DNA of 64,000 nucleotides, taken from contig JBEKVV010000004.1 in assembly GCA_049513715.1 (NCBI GenBank), forward strand, positions 128,001 through 192,000, written 5' to 3'. Below are positions 47,741 through 57,916 of this stretch, piece after piece. Within the stretch, counting starts at the first letter, position 1; every line of letters begins with the position of its first letter. The position numbers and the translations under genes were made by a program. The notes under the pieces were generated by a model. It was not told the origin of the DNA and made no database searches. It was given only the letters and a program-made list of their open reading frames with translations. The DNA is from Candidatus Bathyarchaeia archaeon (GTDB lineage Archaea > Thermoproteota > Bathyarchaeia > 40CM-2-53-6).

Positions 47741-48369
47741 TTGGAAACTTGAACGTTGCAGTGGTCGGCGTTGGTGGCCAGGGAAACGTCCTCCTCTCAA
47801 GGATACTCGGTGAAACGGCGTTGAAGGTGGGGATCAAGGTGAGGATATCTGACACTTTTGGCGCTGCCCAGAGGGGGGCGGCGGTTCTCAGTCTCGTTAG
47901 GTTTGGGAGCAGTTATTCGCCCGTCATTCCATTAGGAAAAGCCGATGCGCTCGTGGCATTAGAGCCGAGCGAGGCCCTTCGTCAGTCACGTTTCCTTCGA
48001 CCGAACGGCTACGCCTTGATAAACACCAGAAGAATACTGCCCGTCGAAGTCCTCACGGGCAAGGCGGCGTATCCATCCACCGACAAGATTAGCGGGCTCT
48101 TGTCGGCTCTGACATCGAACTTGTACATGTTCGATGCCGCGAAACTGGCTGAACAGGCCGGCGATAGCAGAACCACAAACATGGTGATGCTCGGTGCATT
48201 AGACGGGTGTGACTGTCTGCCATTCGAGACAGAAGCGATCAAGGAAACAATAATGGATTTGGTTCCAGAGAAGATGCTCGATTCTAACCTCAAATCTTTC
48301 GAATTGGGAAGATCGTATCTTCAAAACCATCGAAAGATGGAGCCCGATCTAGGAATCGCTCTGCTGTGA
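47737..48369 (+). CDS. iorB: Indolepyruvate:ferredoxin oxidoreductase beta subunit
   Basis: GVGGQG, GAAQRG, NMVMLGA; ATGA overlap with iorA. Confidence 0.92.
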   Translation: MIGNLNVAVVGVGGQGNVLLSRILGETALKVGIKVRISDTFGAAQRGAAVLSLVRFGSSYSPVIPLGKADALVALEPSEALRQSRFLRPNGYALINTRRILPVEVLTGKAAYPSTDKISGLLSALTSNLYMFDAAKLAEQAGDSRTTNMVMLGALDGCDCLPFETEAIKETIMDLVPEKMLDSNLKSFELGRSYLQNHRKMEPDLGIALL

Positions 48370-49620
48370 ATTTAGAACGGGCATCGTCGTAGACCCGTGA
48401 GGCAAAACTAGAATCTTCGCACCGGCCCCTCTTTCTGCAACGGTTTCATCGATAGTCTTCTGCAAGTTCGTGCTGGATTTTAGTCCGATCATACGAAGCG
48501 TCGACGGCTTCAAGCCTTCAGTGTGCGCTATGATGTTTGCTCGGCTTCTGAGGCAGGCAACTTGGTACGCCACAATTGCGGTCACCAGATTTCGTTTCGG
48601 GTTCTGCTTGATTGATTCCAAGATTGTTTCTGGAGATGGTTTGGAGAGGAAGTACTCCAGATCCTTGGATCCTATTCCTCCTCTACATGGCGACACTAGG
48701 ATAACGGTGCTTCCATCTTTCACGATGCTTCCAGTATTCTCAAGGGGTTTTGAGCAATAGTAGAAATCACGATCATACGGAAACGCGCTCGCCACAATTA
48801 GATCAGGCTTCTCCTTCACCGGTACGGAGTAGATACTGGCGCAAACTGTGGCACCTGCTCTATGCGCTTCAAGAGGGTCGCCGGCTACAACTCTCACTAG
48901 GTCACCATCGGCGTTCTGAATTGTGTTAACGATGAAGTCTAGGTGAAGGAGTCTCGCGGCTTCATCTATCTCCTCACGGACTGGATTGTTGCTCATCTGG
49001 CCAATATTCAATTCCGCTTTCACCATCAGATGATTTTTCATCACGGTGTTGCGTCCAGCGAGACCCGGCATTACTGCTTTGCCTCCACCTGAGAAGCCAG
49101 CGTAGGGGTGTGGAACGATGTCGCCCGTGGCGATTTTGACGTCAGCTTGCACCATAGTTGAATTGATTTGAATCTCGTTCCCAAACCGAGAAACCCCTAC
49201 CGAGACTAAGTCTCTATCAGCGTCATGCTGCACTACGCGGACTCGTTTGCGGATAGCGGGTCCAACTTTTTCGTGAACCTCACCCGGTTTCATTCGCGCG
49301 TGCAGGCCGCCTCCAATTATGATGCAAATGTTCGGGTCTGCGATTCCGCCCACATTGAGTTCGTCGAGGAGCTGCGGGAGAATTTCACGATCGAAGGTTG
49401 GCCTGCTGAAATCGGAGATGGCAATCGCAGCGGTTTTCTTCCCTTTCGCGAACTCCGCTATTCTAGCCGTGCCGATTGGATTGAGCAATGCCCGGCGTAT
49501 CTCGGCGGCGTTACTGTCAACAGGAGTTGTCTTAGAAATGTCGCGAACGGTTACGTCGACGGCGTCATCGAAGGAGATCGGAAGTTGTTTCTTTCCGTAG
49601 GGTATCTTAACTTGAACCAT
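48349..49620 (-). CDS. larA: Nickel-pincer lactate racemase family (2-hydroxy acid racemase/epimerase)
   Basis: IPYG, SDFSRP, GLH, HD, PHPYAGFSGGGK, NPVREE. Confidence 0.88.
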   Translation of the reverse strand: MVQVKIPYGKKQLPISFDDAVDVTVRDISKTTPVDSNAAEIRRALLNPIGTARIAEFAKGKKTAAIAISDFSRPTFDREILPQLLDELNVGGIADPNICIIIGGGLHARMKPGEVHEKVGPAIRKRVRVVQHDADRDLVSVGVSRFGNEIQINSTMVQADVKIATGDIVPHPYAGFSGGGKAVMPGLAGRNTVMKNHLMVKAELNIGQMSNNPVREEIDEAARLLHLDFIVNTIQNADGDLVRVVAGDPLEAHRAGATVCASIYSVPVKEKPDLIVASAFPYDRDFYYCSKPLENTGSIVKDGSTVILVSPCRGGIGSKDLEYFLSKPSPETILESIKQNPKRNLVTAIVAYQVACLRSRANIIAHTEGLKPSTLRMIGLKSSTNLQKTIDETVAERGAGAKILVLPHGSTTMPVLNSQQSDS

Positions 49621-49694
49621 AACTGCTTGAAACCTCGAACTTGACCGGATACATGCACTTACCAGAACTCACTGAAAGCTTCATCCGGTTGTCC

Positions 49695-50135
49695 CTATTC
49701 CGGGCGTAAGGTAAATGCGTAGCTCGGCCCATACTCAGAAATCCCTGTCACCAGACTCACCCGCGCTCCAACTTTCACATCATCCGGCTTGGCGTCGTTC
49801 AACCAAGCTAGAACTCTGACGCCTTCCTTCATCTTGACGAGCACAACTGTATATGTTGCTTGACCTGCAAAACTCGCAGGCTTTATGGCAATGCGTGTGA
49901 AGCTCTCGATCTCGCCGGTTCCATCGAGTTTTACCCATTTCGGTTCCGAGTTGAGGCAACGTGGGCAATCGGCCACAGGCGGGAAGCTAGTGTATCCGCA
50001 TTTGCTGCATTTTGACGCGCATAATTCACCTTTCTCAAGCCGGCTCCAGAACTCGGAGAGCTTCTGAGTTGGGATTTCTGAAGCAAAAGTTAAGGGCCTG
50101 GTCTTGCGTGCAGCCTTTGGTTGATTGAGCGTCAT
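49695..50135 (-). CDS. DUF35 Zn-ribbon/OB-fold thiolase partner
   Basis: CSKC..PP..CPRC plus OB fold; downstream of the thiolase. Confidence 0.88.
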   Translation of the reverse strand: MTLNQPKAARKTRPLTFASEIPTQKLSEFWSRLEKGELCASKCSKCGYTSFPPVADCPRCLNSEPKWVKLDGTGEIESFTRIAIKPASFAGQATYTVVLVKMKEGVRVLAWLNDAKPDDVKVGARVSLVTGISEYGPSYAFTLRPE

Positions 50136-50139
50136 TTTC

Positions 50140-51297
50140 TCAGCTCCTCAGGATTGTCACGTAGCAGTAATGCCCTGTACCACCCACATTATGCGCTAAC
50201 GCTAAACCATTCTTGATTGGTGCTTGACTTTTCCCAGCCTGGTTACGTAGCTGTCGAGTCAGTCCCACTATCATTGAAGTTCCCGTAGCCCCGAGAGGGT
50301 GTCCTTTGGACTTGAGGCCCCCGTCTAAATTAACGGGAATCTTTCCCCCGATCTCTGTTTGGCCCTCATCTATCATTTGCCCGCCTTTGCCCCTTTCGCA
50401 GAATCCTAAATCCTCATAGGCAAGAATCTCGGCTATCGTGAAGCAATCATGCACATCCGCAACGTCAAGTTGCTTAGGCTGGACATGGGCTTTCTTGAAT
50501 GCACTCTGTGCCGCATTCACAGACGCACGTAGCCCGAGCAAATCCCCGCGCTTGGTGATATTTGCGGTATCCGACGAAATTCCCGTTGCCTCAACCCAAA
50601 CCGGGCTGTCGGTTAATGACTTTGCCTTCTCCTCTGAGGCCACTATCACCGCGGCAGCCCCATCGCTGACCGGGCAGCAGTCATAGAGTTTCAGCGGCCA
50701 CGCCACAACACGTGAGGAAAGAGCATCCTGCAGGGTCAACGGTCGCTGGAAATGGGCGTTCGGGTTAAGGGCGCCATACTTATGGTTCTTGACGGCCACC
50801 TCCGCCAACTGTTTCTCAGTTGTTCCGTACCTCTTCATGTGCTCAGTTGCATAGAGAGCATAGTAGCCTGGGAACGTCATTCCAAAGTTGTGAAACTCCC
50901 ACAAGTAGTAGCCAGCGCGCCCTATCACCTCGGTCATTGTCGGCCCATCGATGCCGAACATTTTCTCGACGCCTAACGCCATCGCGACGTCACTCTGGCC
51001 GCCCCTGATCATGTTGCAGGCCGTGACCAATGCAGCACTCCCCGTGGCGCAGGCTGCCTCACACCTGACAAGCCCCTTGCCCTCCAAGCCCAAGTATTCT
51101 GAAACAAGTACCGCGGGCAGGAAATCCTCGTACCATGTACCGGCGATGCCAACGCTCAGAAAGTCAACATCTTTTGGAGTTAGGTTAGCATCCTGGAACG
51201 CCGGTTTGGCTGCTTCGAATGCGAGCTCAGGAAGGCTCACATCACGCCGGTCACCGAACTTTGAGTGACCCACGCCCACAATTGCCACGCGAGTCAA
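50140..51297 (-). CDS. Archaeal thiolase (acetyl-CoA acetyltransferase, SCP2-type)
   Basis: EAACATG, DCCPVSDGA, HDCFT, GHPLGATG. Confidence 0.92.
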   Translation of the reverse strand: MTRVAIVGVGHSKFGDRRDVSLPELAFEAAKPAFQDANLTPKDVDFLSVGIAGTWYEDFLPAVLVSEYLGLEGKGLVRCEAACATGSAALVTACNMIRGGQSDVAMALGVEKMFGIDGPTMTEVIGRAGYYLWEFHNFGMTFPGYYALYATEHMKRYGTTEKQLAEVAVKNHKYGALNPNAHFQRPLTLQDALSSRVVAWPLKLYDCCPVSDGAAAVIVASEEKAKSLTDSPVWVEATGISSDTANITKRGDLLGLRASVNAAQSAFKKAHVQPKQLDVADVHDCFTIAEILAYEDLGFCERGKGGQMIDEGQTEIGGKIPVNLDGGLKSKGHPLGATGTSMIVGLTRQLRNQAGKSQAPIKNGLALAHNVGGTGHYCYVTILRS

Positions 51298-51400
51298 GAA
51301 TTATCCCGCCGTTTCGCTGAGCCGATTCTAAGGATTTAAAGCCCTAAGGCTCGGGAGCCATTCTTCGATTGAATAAGTCGGAAATTGTAGGTCCAAGATT

Positions 51401-53335
51401 TTGTCGGCGCCTGAGTCAGGTCCACGGGGTGGAAGAATTGAATATCCTCCTGAATTGAAGTCGATGCTCAAGCGTGCCCTTGAAGATCCAGAAGGATTTT
51501 GGGGCGACGCAGCGAAGGAATTGCACTGGTTCAGGCGCTGGGACCGCGTATTTGAATGGAACTATCCGAATTTCTCATGGTACAAAGGAGCAACCACAAA
51601 CCTAGCCTACAACTGCCTAGAACGCAACATCGATAATGGAAGAGGCAACCACCCAGCCATAATATGGGAGAACGGCGAGGGGTTTCCTTCGCGCTCCTTA
51701 ACCTACAGTCAACTGTTGGATGAAGTCAAACGATTCGCCAATGCGCTGAAAGCCCTTGGAGTAAACCGAGGCGACAGAGTAACAATCTACATGCCTATGG
51801 TGCCTGAAGCTGCAATCGCGATGCTGGCGACGGTAAGAATTGGCGCGATACACTCCGTTGTGTTTGGAGGTTTCGGGTACGGAGCCTTGTCGGACAGATT
51901 ATTGGACGCAGGTTCCACGCTTATCGTTACAGCGGATGTTGGCTACAGACGCGGAAGCCCAATTAAACTCAAGGAAGTTGTCGACGAATCCCTCAGAACC
52001 AGCGCGACCAAAGTACGGAAGGTCATAGTGCTAAAACGAGCCGAGAACGACTTACCGATGGTCTCGGGGAGAGACATCCTCTGGCAAGACGCGTTGGAAC
52101 AGGGGAAGGGAGCTGATGCTCAAGTCGAGAAGGTGCGTGCTGAAGAACCAGTCTTCATCCTTTACACTTCTGGAACCATGGCTAAACCGAAGGGCACCGT
52201 TCAGCCTCACGGGAGTTACCAAGTTTACATCCATGCCATGGGCAAATGGGTCTACAACATGGATGAGACCGATATCTGGTGGTCCACCTCGGACATTGGC
52301 TGGATCGTCGGTCATAGCTACGTTGTGTATGCACCATTGCTCTTCGGTTGCACGACGATAATGTATGAGGGACTGCCGGACCATCCTTCACCTGACATAT
52401 GGTGGCGGATAATCGAAAGGAACAAGGTATCGAGGTTCTGGATCTCACCTACGGGTGTTCGTGCCCTAATGAAGTACGGGGACGACTACCCGAAGAAATA
52501 CGACCTAAGCTCACTCAAACTCGTCGCGTGCGCCGGTGAAGTTCTCAACCCACCTGCATGGGAATGGCTCCAGAAGAAAGTGCTCGCGGACAGAATCCCC
52601 GTAATCGATCATATGTGGCAGACGGAAACAAGCGGCCCAATAGTCGGAAACCCGGCTGGGATTGCACTGCTGCCAATAAAGCCCGGCTCAGCAGCAATCC
52701 CACTCCCAGGGGTAGATGCAGAAATTGTCGACGACGAGGGAAAGCCAGTTGCACCCGGAATCGAAGGGACCTTCGTCCTGAAGAAACCTTTCCCCGGGTT
52801 GACCCCAACTCTATGGTGCGACCACGAACGATACGTGGAAAGCTACTGGAACAGATTTCCAGGCCTCTACACGACTGGCGACGCAGCCATGAAAGACGAG
52901 GACGGTTACATCTGGTTCCTAGGGCGAGTTGACGAGGTCATCAAGATCTCCTCACACAGGATCGGAACGATCGAAATTGAAAGCGCGCTACTTCAAGACT
53001 CGAACGTGGCTGAAACCGCGGTTGTGGGGCGCCCCGACCCTCTCAGGGGAGAGACTGCATGTGCATTCGTTGTTCTGAAAGAAAGCTCAAAGGCAACGGA
53101 CGATTTGAAGCAGGCGCTGAGAAGCCTCGTTAGAAAGACCTTGGGACCCATAGTCGTAATTAGCGACATTTACTTCGTCAACAAGCTACCCAAAACACGA
53201 AGTGGTAAAATCATGCGACGCCTGATCAAGGCTGTAATTTCGAACAAGCCCCTTGGAGACTACTCTACGATAGAAGATGAATCTTCAATAGAGGAACTCA
53301 AGAAAGCTGCTTCGAATTCTCACAACCGGTCATAG
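51401..53335 (+). CDS. acs: AMP-forming acetyl-CoA synthetase
   Basis: YTSGTMAKPKG, DIGWIVGH, WQTET, YTTGD, PKTRSGKIMRR. Confidence 0.93.
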   Translation: MSAPESGPRGGRIEYPPELKSMLKRALEDPEGFWGDAAKELHWFRRWDRVFEWNYPNFSWYKGATTNLAYNCLERNIDNGRGNHPAIIWENGEGFPSRSLTYSQLLDEVKRFANALKALGVNRGDRVTIYMPMVPEAAIAMLATVRIGAIHSVVFGGFGYGALSDRLLDAGSTLIVTADVGYRRGSPIKLKEVVDESLRTSATKVRKVIVLKRAENDLPMVSGRDILWQDALEQGKGADAQVEKVRAEEPVFILYTSGTMAKPKGTVQPHGSYQVYIHAMGKWVYNMDETDIWWSTSDIGWIVGHSYVVYAPLLFGCTTIMYEGLPDHPSPDIWWRIIERNKVSRFWISPTGVRALMKYGDDYPKKYDLSSLKLVACAGEVLNPPAWEWLQKKVLADRIPVIDHMWQTETSGPIVGNPAGIALLPIKPGSAAIPLPGVDAEIVDDEGKPVAPGIEGTFVLKKPFPGLTPTLWCDHERYVESYWNRFPGLYTTGDAAMKDEDGYIWFLGRVDEVIKISSHRIGTIEIESALLQDSNVAETAVVGRPDPLRGETACAFVVLKESSKATDDLKQALRSLVRKTLGPIVVISDIYFVNKLPKTRSGKIMRRLIKAVISNKPLGDYSTIEDESSIEELKKAASNSHNRS

Positions 53336-53438
53336 TTCCTCTATTCCACATCGTGCCTGGTTCTGCCTCTCGAAGGGCTCCTCCACTGACAAGTTATCGT
53401 ATCCCTTTTACTTGTCAAGCGCTGGATAATCCATCCAG

Positions 53439-53984
53439 GTGTATCTGATGCTGAACAAGACGAAAACTCTCACTTTGATCGCAGCCCTCTCCGCAGCGAA
53501 TGTGGCTTTCAGGTTTGCGTTGGCGGGCGGTCCCCCTAATGTCAAACCAACAGCGTTCTTGGTTATTGTTGCAGGTATCATTGGGGGGCCGATTTCCGGT
53601 TTTGCTGTTGGTTGGCTCAGTATGACTGTCAGCGATTTGGCGGCTTTCGGCGCAGGAATCTGGACAATCGAGACCTCTGGGGGTATGGCAATTGTTGGAC
53701 TGCTGGCCGGGTTCATATGGCACCGCGTCGCCCTACTCAACCGCTGGAAAATGGCGTTAGGGGGATTTCTTCTAACCGTAGTCTATGATGTTGGTACGTC
53801 TATTGTGGATGCGTTGCTCTTCAGCTACCCAGTAAGGTCAGCTATTCTCGGCCTATACGTTCCATTTCTGGCTGGAAGCGTAAGCCCATACCCATTCGGC
53901 CTGGTCCATGAGCTCACAACTGCTATCCTGCTTGGCACAATCGGCCCGTCGCTCATCACACAAATCAGAAGAGTCTACCGCTAG
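53439..53984 (+). CDS. Stand-alone ECF S component
   Basis: PNVKPT, GGPISGFAVG, G.WT; multi-TM. Confidence 0.75.
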   Translation: MYLMLNKTKTLTLIAALSAANVAFRFALAGGPPNVKPTAFLVIVAGIIGGPISGFAVGWLSMTVSDLAAFGAGIWTIETSGGMAIVGLLAGFIWHRVALLNRWKMALGGFLLTVVYDVGTSIVDALLFSYPVRSAILGLYVPFLAGSVSPYPFGLVHELTTAILLGTIGPSLITQIRRVYR

Positions 53985-54077
53985 GTCTCACCGATTCTGA
54001 ATGTATCCGAATGCTTTCAATGAGGAGCAACACCTAAACACCGGCAAAGTCGGGTTCTCGCTGAGTTTGGTGGGAGC

Positions 54078-54545
54078 TTGCCTAAAGTTGGAGATAAGGC
54101 GCCTCGTTTCCATTTGTTGTCAGGTCGGGGGGAGTATGTATCTCTGGATGATTTTCTCGGTAAACGAAGCCTTGTGGTGTATTTCTATCCGAAGGATTAC
54201 ACGGCCGGCTGCGTAAGAGAAGCGGTTTCGTTCCGGGATGCTTACTCGACATTGGTGGCGTTGGGTGCCGAGGTTGTTGGAATAAGCAGAGATCCTCCGA
54301 GCTCTCACGAACGATTTGCGAGAGACGAGCGCTTGCAGTTTCCTCTCGTGAGCGACACGGATGGCTCAGTTAGGAAAGCCTATGGTGTGAAGTCAACTTT
54401 CGGAATTAGTGGCCGGGTCACCTTTGTAATCGATAAGCAGGGAATCATTAGGCACGTATACTCGTCCCAAGTGCATCCGAGTAAGCATGTTGAGGAAGCG
54501 GTCCGTGCGTTGAATCGTTTGGTTGAGTCTGCCAAAACAGATTGA
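54078..54545 (+). CDS. bcp: Peroxiredoxin (BCP/PrxQ)
   Basis: YFYPKDYTAGCVREA. Confidence 0.9.
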   Translation: MPKVGDKAPRFHLLSGRGEYVSLDDFLGKRSLVVYFYPKDYTAGCVREAVSFRDAYSTLVALGAEVVGISRDPPSSHERFARDERLQFPLVSDTDGSVRKAYGVKSTFGISGRVTFVIDKQGIIRHVYSSQVHPSKHVEEAVRALNRLVESAKTD

Positions 54546-54574
54546 AAACCAAAAGCTGGCGTGAATAGTTCTCT

Positions 54575-55735
54575 TCAAGCTGGCTTGGTTTTCTTCCATT
54601 CTTCAGCCAGCCTGATTCGCCTCGATGAAGAAGGATGGGTGTAGAAGAAGAATTCAACAGCCGGGTTCGGCTTATCAACTGAGAGGCTCAAGTCTGCCAG
54701 CCGTTTCTCGGCTGATGCCTGGGCATCGGCGTCGTCCGCGGCCCGTAGAGCGAACTCGTCCGCTTGGCGTTCAACAACCCTGGAATACGAGTTGGAGATT
54801 GGTTGCAGAATGAAATTCACACAAATCAACACAGCGAAGATTATCGGGGCGCCCGCAGGATCCGCTATTCCACTGAAGCCGAGGCTGACGGCGTTTTGTC
54901 TGAGCACGTAGTCTGCGAGAAAGAAAGGTGGAATCGCTAACAAACCTGATGCGACCGCTTCCTTCCAAATATCCCTGTTCACATAATGCCCAAGCTCATG
55001 TGCGACGACCGTGACGACTTCTCTCCGGGTAAATTTGTCGATCAGAGTGTCAAACAGGACGATTGTCTTGCTCTTTCCAATTCCGGAAAACATGGCGTTC
55101 GCGCGGATAGACTTCCGGCTTTCATCTGCCACCAGAACTCGATCGATGTTTCTTGCACCCATCTTCCGAGATATCTCAAGTAGGTTGTCCTTGAGTGCGG
55201 AGTCAGTGAGGGGTGTGACTTTGTAAAAGATCGGCATGATCACGTACGGCAGTATTATCGAAATTAGAATCGAGAATATGGCGAAGAGGGCTGCTGCCAC
55301 AAGCCACCAAATATCCGTTGACAGGATCAGATAATACAGAAGCGACCCTGCAAGAATCCCTATTGCCAGTTCAAGTCCTAGGCCCTTCAGCTCATCCATG
55401 AGCCAATCCTTCACCCCTTGCATGGAGAGGCCGAATTTGTGGTCCAGAATGTATCCGGAATAGAATGAGAGGGGTGACTCTAAGAGTCCAAGGAAGAGAA
55501 AGAAGACCAGGAAATATGCGACGACCGTCATCCAGTAGGAGCCTGAAATCAGTTGAAGGGACTTACTAAGGATGAGTGAGGCACCGGAGAAAACCAAGAG
55601 CAAGCAAATAACGACGGGAACAACCGTTCCGCCCACGATGTCCAAAGCTAGCCTCACATTTTCGTATCTGTTTGCGAGGGCCCGCTTTTTCTCATCGTAC
55701 TGGTAGGATGGCTCTCCTTGCTCCGGTTCTTGCAT
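54575..55735 (-). CDS. M48/Ste24 zinc metalloprotease
   Basis: TM helices, ANA, HELGH, ERQAD, THP. Confidence 0.9.
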   Translation of the reverse strand: MQEPEQGEPSYQYDEKKRALANRYENVRLALDIVGGTVVPVVICLLLVFSGASLILSKSLQLISGSYWMTVVAYFLVFFLFLGLLESPLSFYSGYILDHKFGLSMQGVKDWLMDELKGLGLELAIGILAGSLLYYLILSTDIWWLVAAALFAIFSILISIILPYVIMPIFYKVTPLTDSALKDNLLEISRKMGARNIDRVLVADESRKSIRANAMFSGIGKSKTIVLFDTLIDKFTRREVVTVVAHELGHYVNRDIWKEAVASGLLAIPPFFLADYVLRQNAVSLGFSGIADPAGAPIIFAVLICVNFILQPISNSYSRVVERQADEFALRAADDADAQASAEKRLADLSLSVDKPNPAVEFFFYTHPSSSRRIRLAEEWKKTKPA

Positions 55736-56050
55736 CTGGTACCATTCCGGTGGCTGGGCGAATCGCCCAAGACTGACTAGAGACTGTCGTAGATAAGGAC
55801 GAATCCTCTGAGATCGTTCGGATAGTTGTGTTCAGCTCGGTGAAGAGTGTGAGGCGCCCGGACGTGGTTCCTCTCTCTTTTTCTTCGGCTTTCTGACCAT
55901 TTTTGGGTTTCCCAATCTAAATCACATTAAGTGTTGTTCGAAGGTGATAAAATAGGTATTGGCATTTGATATGGCGGCTTTGTCGTCGGGTGCTGTGAGG
56001 GATGGCACTAGCCTCAATGGCCTCTGCTCTCCCATGGAAGCGCTGGCTCG

Positions 56051-56518
56051 TCAAGATAGTGCGGAGGCATAAACGTACTCCTGCTCGGGCCCTCCGTTGC
56101 TGGCAATTTTGTAGGTTATGTGCACTTTCACGGAGTCGTTCAGCATCGCTCTCACTGAGCAGTACTTCTCTTGTGAGAGACGTATTGCTCTCTCAACGTC
56201 ATCCTTTCGGAGGTTGGGTCCAGCAATTGTGTACTCCAAATCTACCTCATCGTAGTACTTTGGATCCTCGTCGCGTCGCGTGCCTGTCGCGCAAACCTCG
56301 AACTTGTCAACTTTCTGCCTTTGCCTTTCCATGATCCATTGCACGTCCATTGCTGTGCATCCGGCCAACGCGGCCAGAAAGAGTTCCATGGGCGTGAACG
56401 ATTGGCCCATCTGTTCAGATGAGTCTAGTTTCACCATGCGGCCGTCGTGCAGTTCCACACTGAATTTCATTTCATCGATGTGCTTGAGCTTCAACTCGAC
56501 TGACGGTGTCGTTTTCAA
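56051..56518 (-). CDS. OsmC/YhfA family protein
   Basis: PMELFLAALAGC, EKYCSV. Confidence 0.88.
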   Translation of the reverse strand: MKTTPSVELKLKHIDEMKFSVELHDGRMVKLDSSEQMGQSFTPMELFLAALAGCTAMDVQWIMERQRQKVDKFEVCATGTRRDEDPKYYDEVDLEYTIAGPNLRKDDVERAIRLSQEKYCSVRAMLNDSVKVHITYKIASNGGPEQEYVYASALS

Positions 56519-56623
56519 TCAACCCACAGAATCTATACTAGCATTGAGAATATCAATTGATGACGCGTTGAAGCATCAAAGTAAGTATTGATATAAGCAC
56601 CCTCCAAAGCACGCTCGGATGAC

Positions 56624-57400
56624 TTGGAATTGGAATCACTCAGGGATCGCATTGTTCTGATCACGGGTGCAAGTAGCGGTATTGGGGCGGCCTGTGCACG
56701 TGTCCTTGGGAAGGATGGGGCGCGGCTAATTCTTAACGCGCGCCGGAAGGAACGGTTGGATGCGTTGGCCTCTGAGCTACGCGAACGTTATGGAACCGCC
56801 ACTCACGTGTGCTCGTTCGACGTGCGGGATTTCGCACAAGTGAAAGGCGTCGTTGAGAAGCTGCCCGCGGAATGGCAGGCTATTGACGTTCTGGTTAACA
56901 ACGCGGGGCTGGCGCGGGGTTTCGATACACTACATGAGGGTCAAATTGAGGATTGGGATGAGATGATTGACTGCAATGTCAAAGGGCTTCTCTACATGAC
57001 CCGTTTGGTGGTTCCCGGCATGGTCAAGCGTGGCCGGGGCCATGTTGTGAACATAGCCTCCATTGCGGGCATTCAGACCTATCCGAAGGGGAACGTGTAC
57101 TGCGCGTCGAAAGCGGCTGTGAGGGCTATTTCAGATGGTTTGAAACAGGATTTGACGGGGACCCCAGTACGAGTCACAACCATCAGCCCCGGGCTTGTTG
57201 AGACGGAATTCGCTGAGGTAAGGTTCCGAGGCAACAAGGAACGTGCCGCCCAAACCTACAAGGGCCTCACACCGTTGACAGGAAATGACGTCGCCGACGC
57301 GGTGCATTACTGCCTAACAAGGCCGCCACACGTGAACATTAACGAAGTTGTCCTTATGCCCGTAGATCAGTCAAGTGCAACCTTGGTCCACCGCAGGTGA
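56624..57400 (+). CDS. NADP-dependent SDR (YdfG-like)
   Basis: TGASSGIG, ARR, NNAG, YCASK, PGLVETEF. Confidence 0.9.
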   Translation: MELESLRDRIVLITGASSGIGAACARVLGKDGARLILNARRKERLDALASELRERYGTATHVCSFDVRDFAQVKGVVEKLPAEWQAIDVLVNNAGLARGFDTLHEGQIEDWDEMIDCNVKGLLYMTRLVVPGMVKRGRGHVVNIASIAGIQTYPKGNVYCASKAAVRAISDGLKQDLTGTPVRVTTISPGLVETEFAEVRFRGNKERAAQTYKGLTPLTGNDVADAVHYCLTRPPHVNINEVVLMPVDQSSATLVHRR

Positions 57401-57646
57401 ACGGGACAGGAGTAGTAGGTGTCCGGCACCTTCCTCAAAAGTAATTAGGCACTTACCACGTACTGTTGAGCTGTCGAGAAAACTTCCGGGCTTAATTTGC
57501 ACAGGCTTGAGGGGCTCGGTTGTTTAGCGGAGCACTTGTACTGGCCCAACCTTTATTAGCGTGGGTCCGGTGGTTCTATGGAAAGTTTCTGAAAGGCTCA
57601 TGCTAAGAGCTGGATGAATCTTTTCTCCGCGGAGAGAACACTTAGA

Positions 57647-57907
57647 TTGAAAGATACCGAAAAAGAAGAGAGGCCATACGATCTTTTCGCGCACGATTTC
57701 GTTCCAAAGCATGAACTTCTCTCAAAGAAGGAGGCTGAGGAATTGATGCGCGAGTTCCATATCAAGCCGTACCAACTCCCATACGTCAGAACAAGCGATC
57801 CTGCGGCTGAGACCTTGGGCGCTAAGATGGGAGATGTTTTACGTGTAACGAGAAAAAGCGCGACTGCTGGCCAAGTTGTCGTTTACCGTTATGTCGTTGA
57901 TGGGTAA
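57647..57907 (+). CDS. rpoH: RNA polymerase subunit H (Rpo5)
   Basis: VPKHELL, QLP..SDP, RKSATAG..YR.V; TTG start chosen (ATG 57614 is the alternative). Confidence 0.93.
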   Translation: MKDTEKEERPYDLFAHDFVPKHELLSKKEAEELMREFHIKPYQLPYVRTSDPAAETLGAKMGDVLRVTRKSATAGQVVVYRYVVDG

Positions 57908-57916
57908 TGTGATTTC

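Noticed and set aside
55832..55900. 22-aa Lys-rich minus-strand ORF (MVRKPKKKREEP...)
   Set aside because: Too short, no recognisable motif
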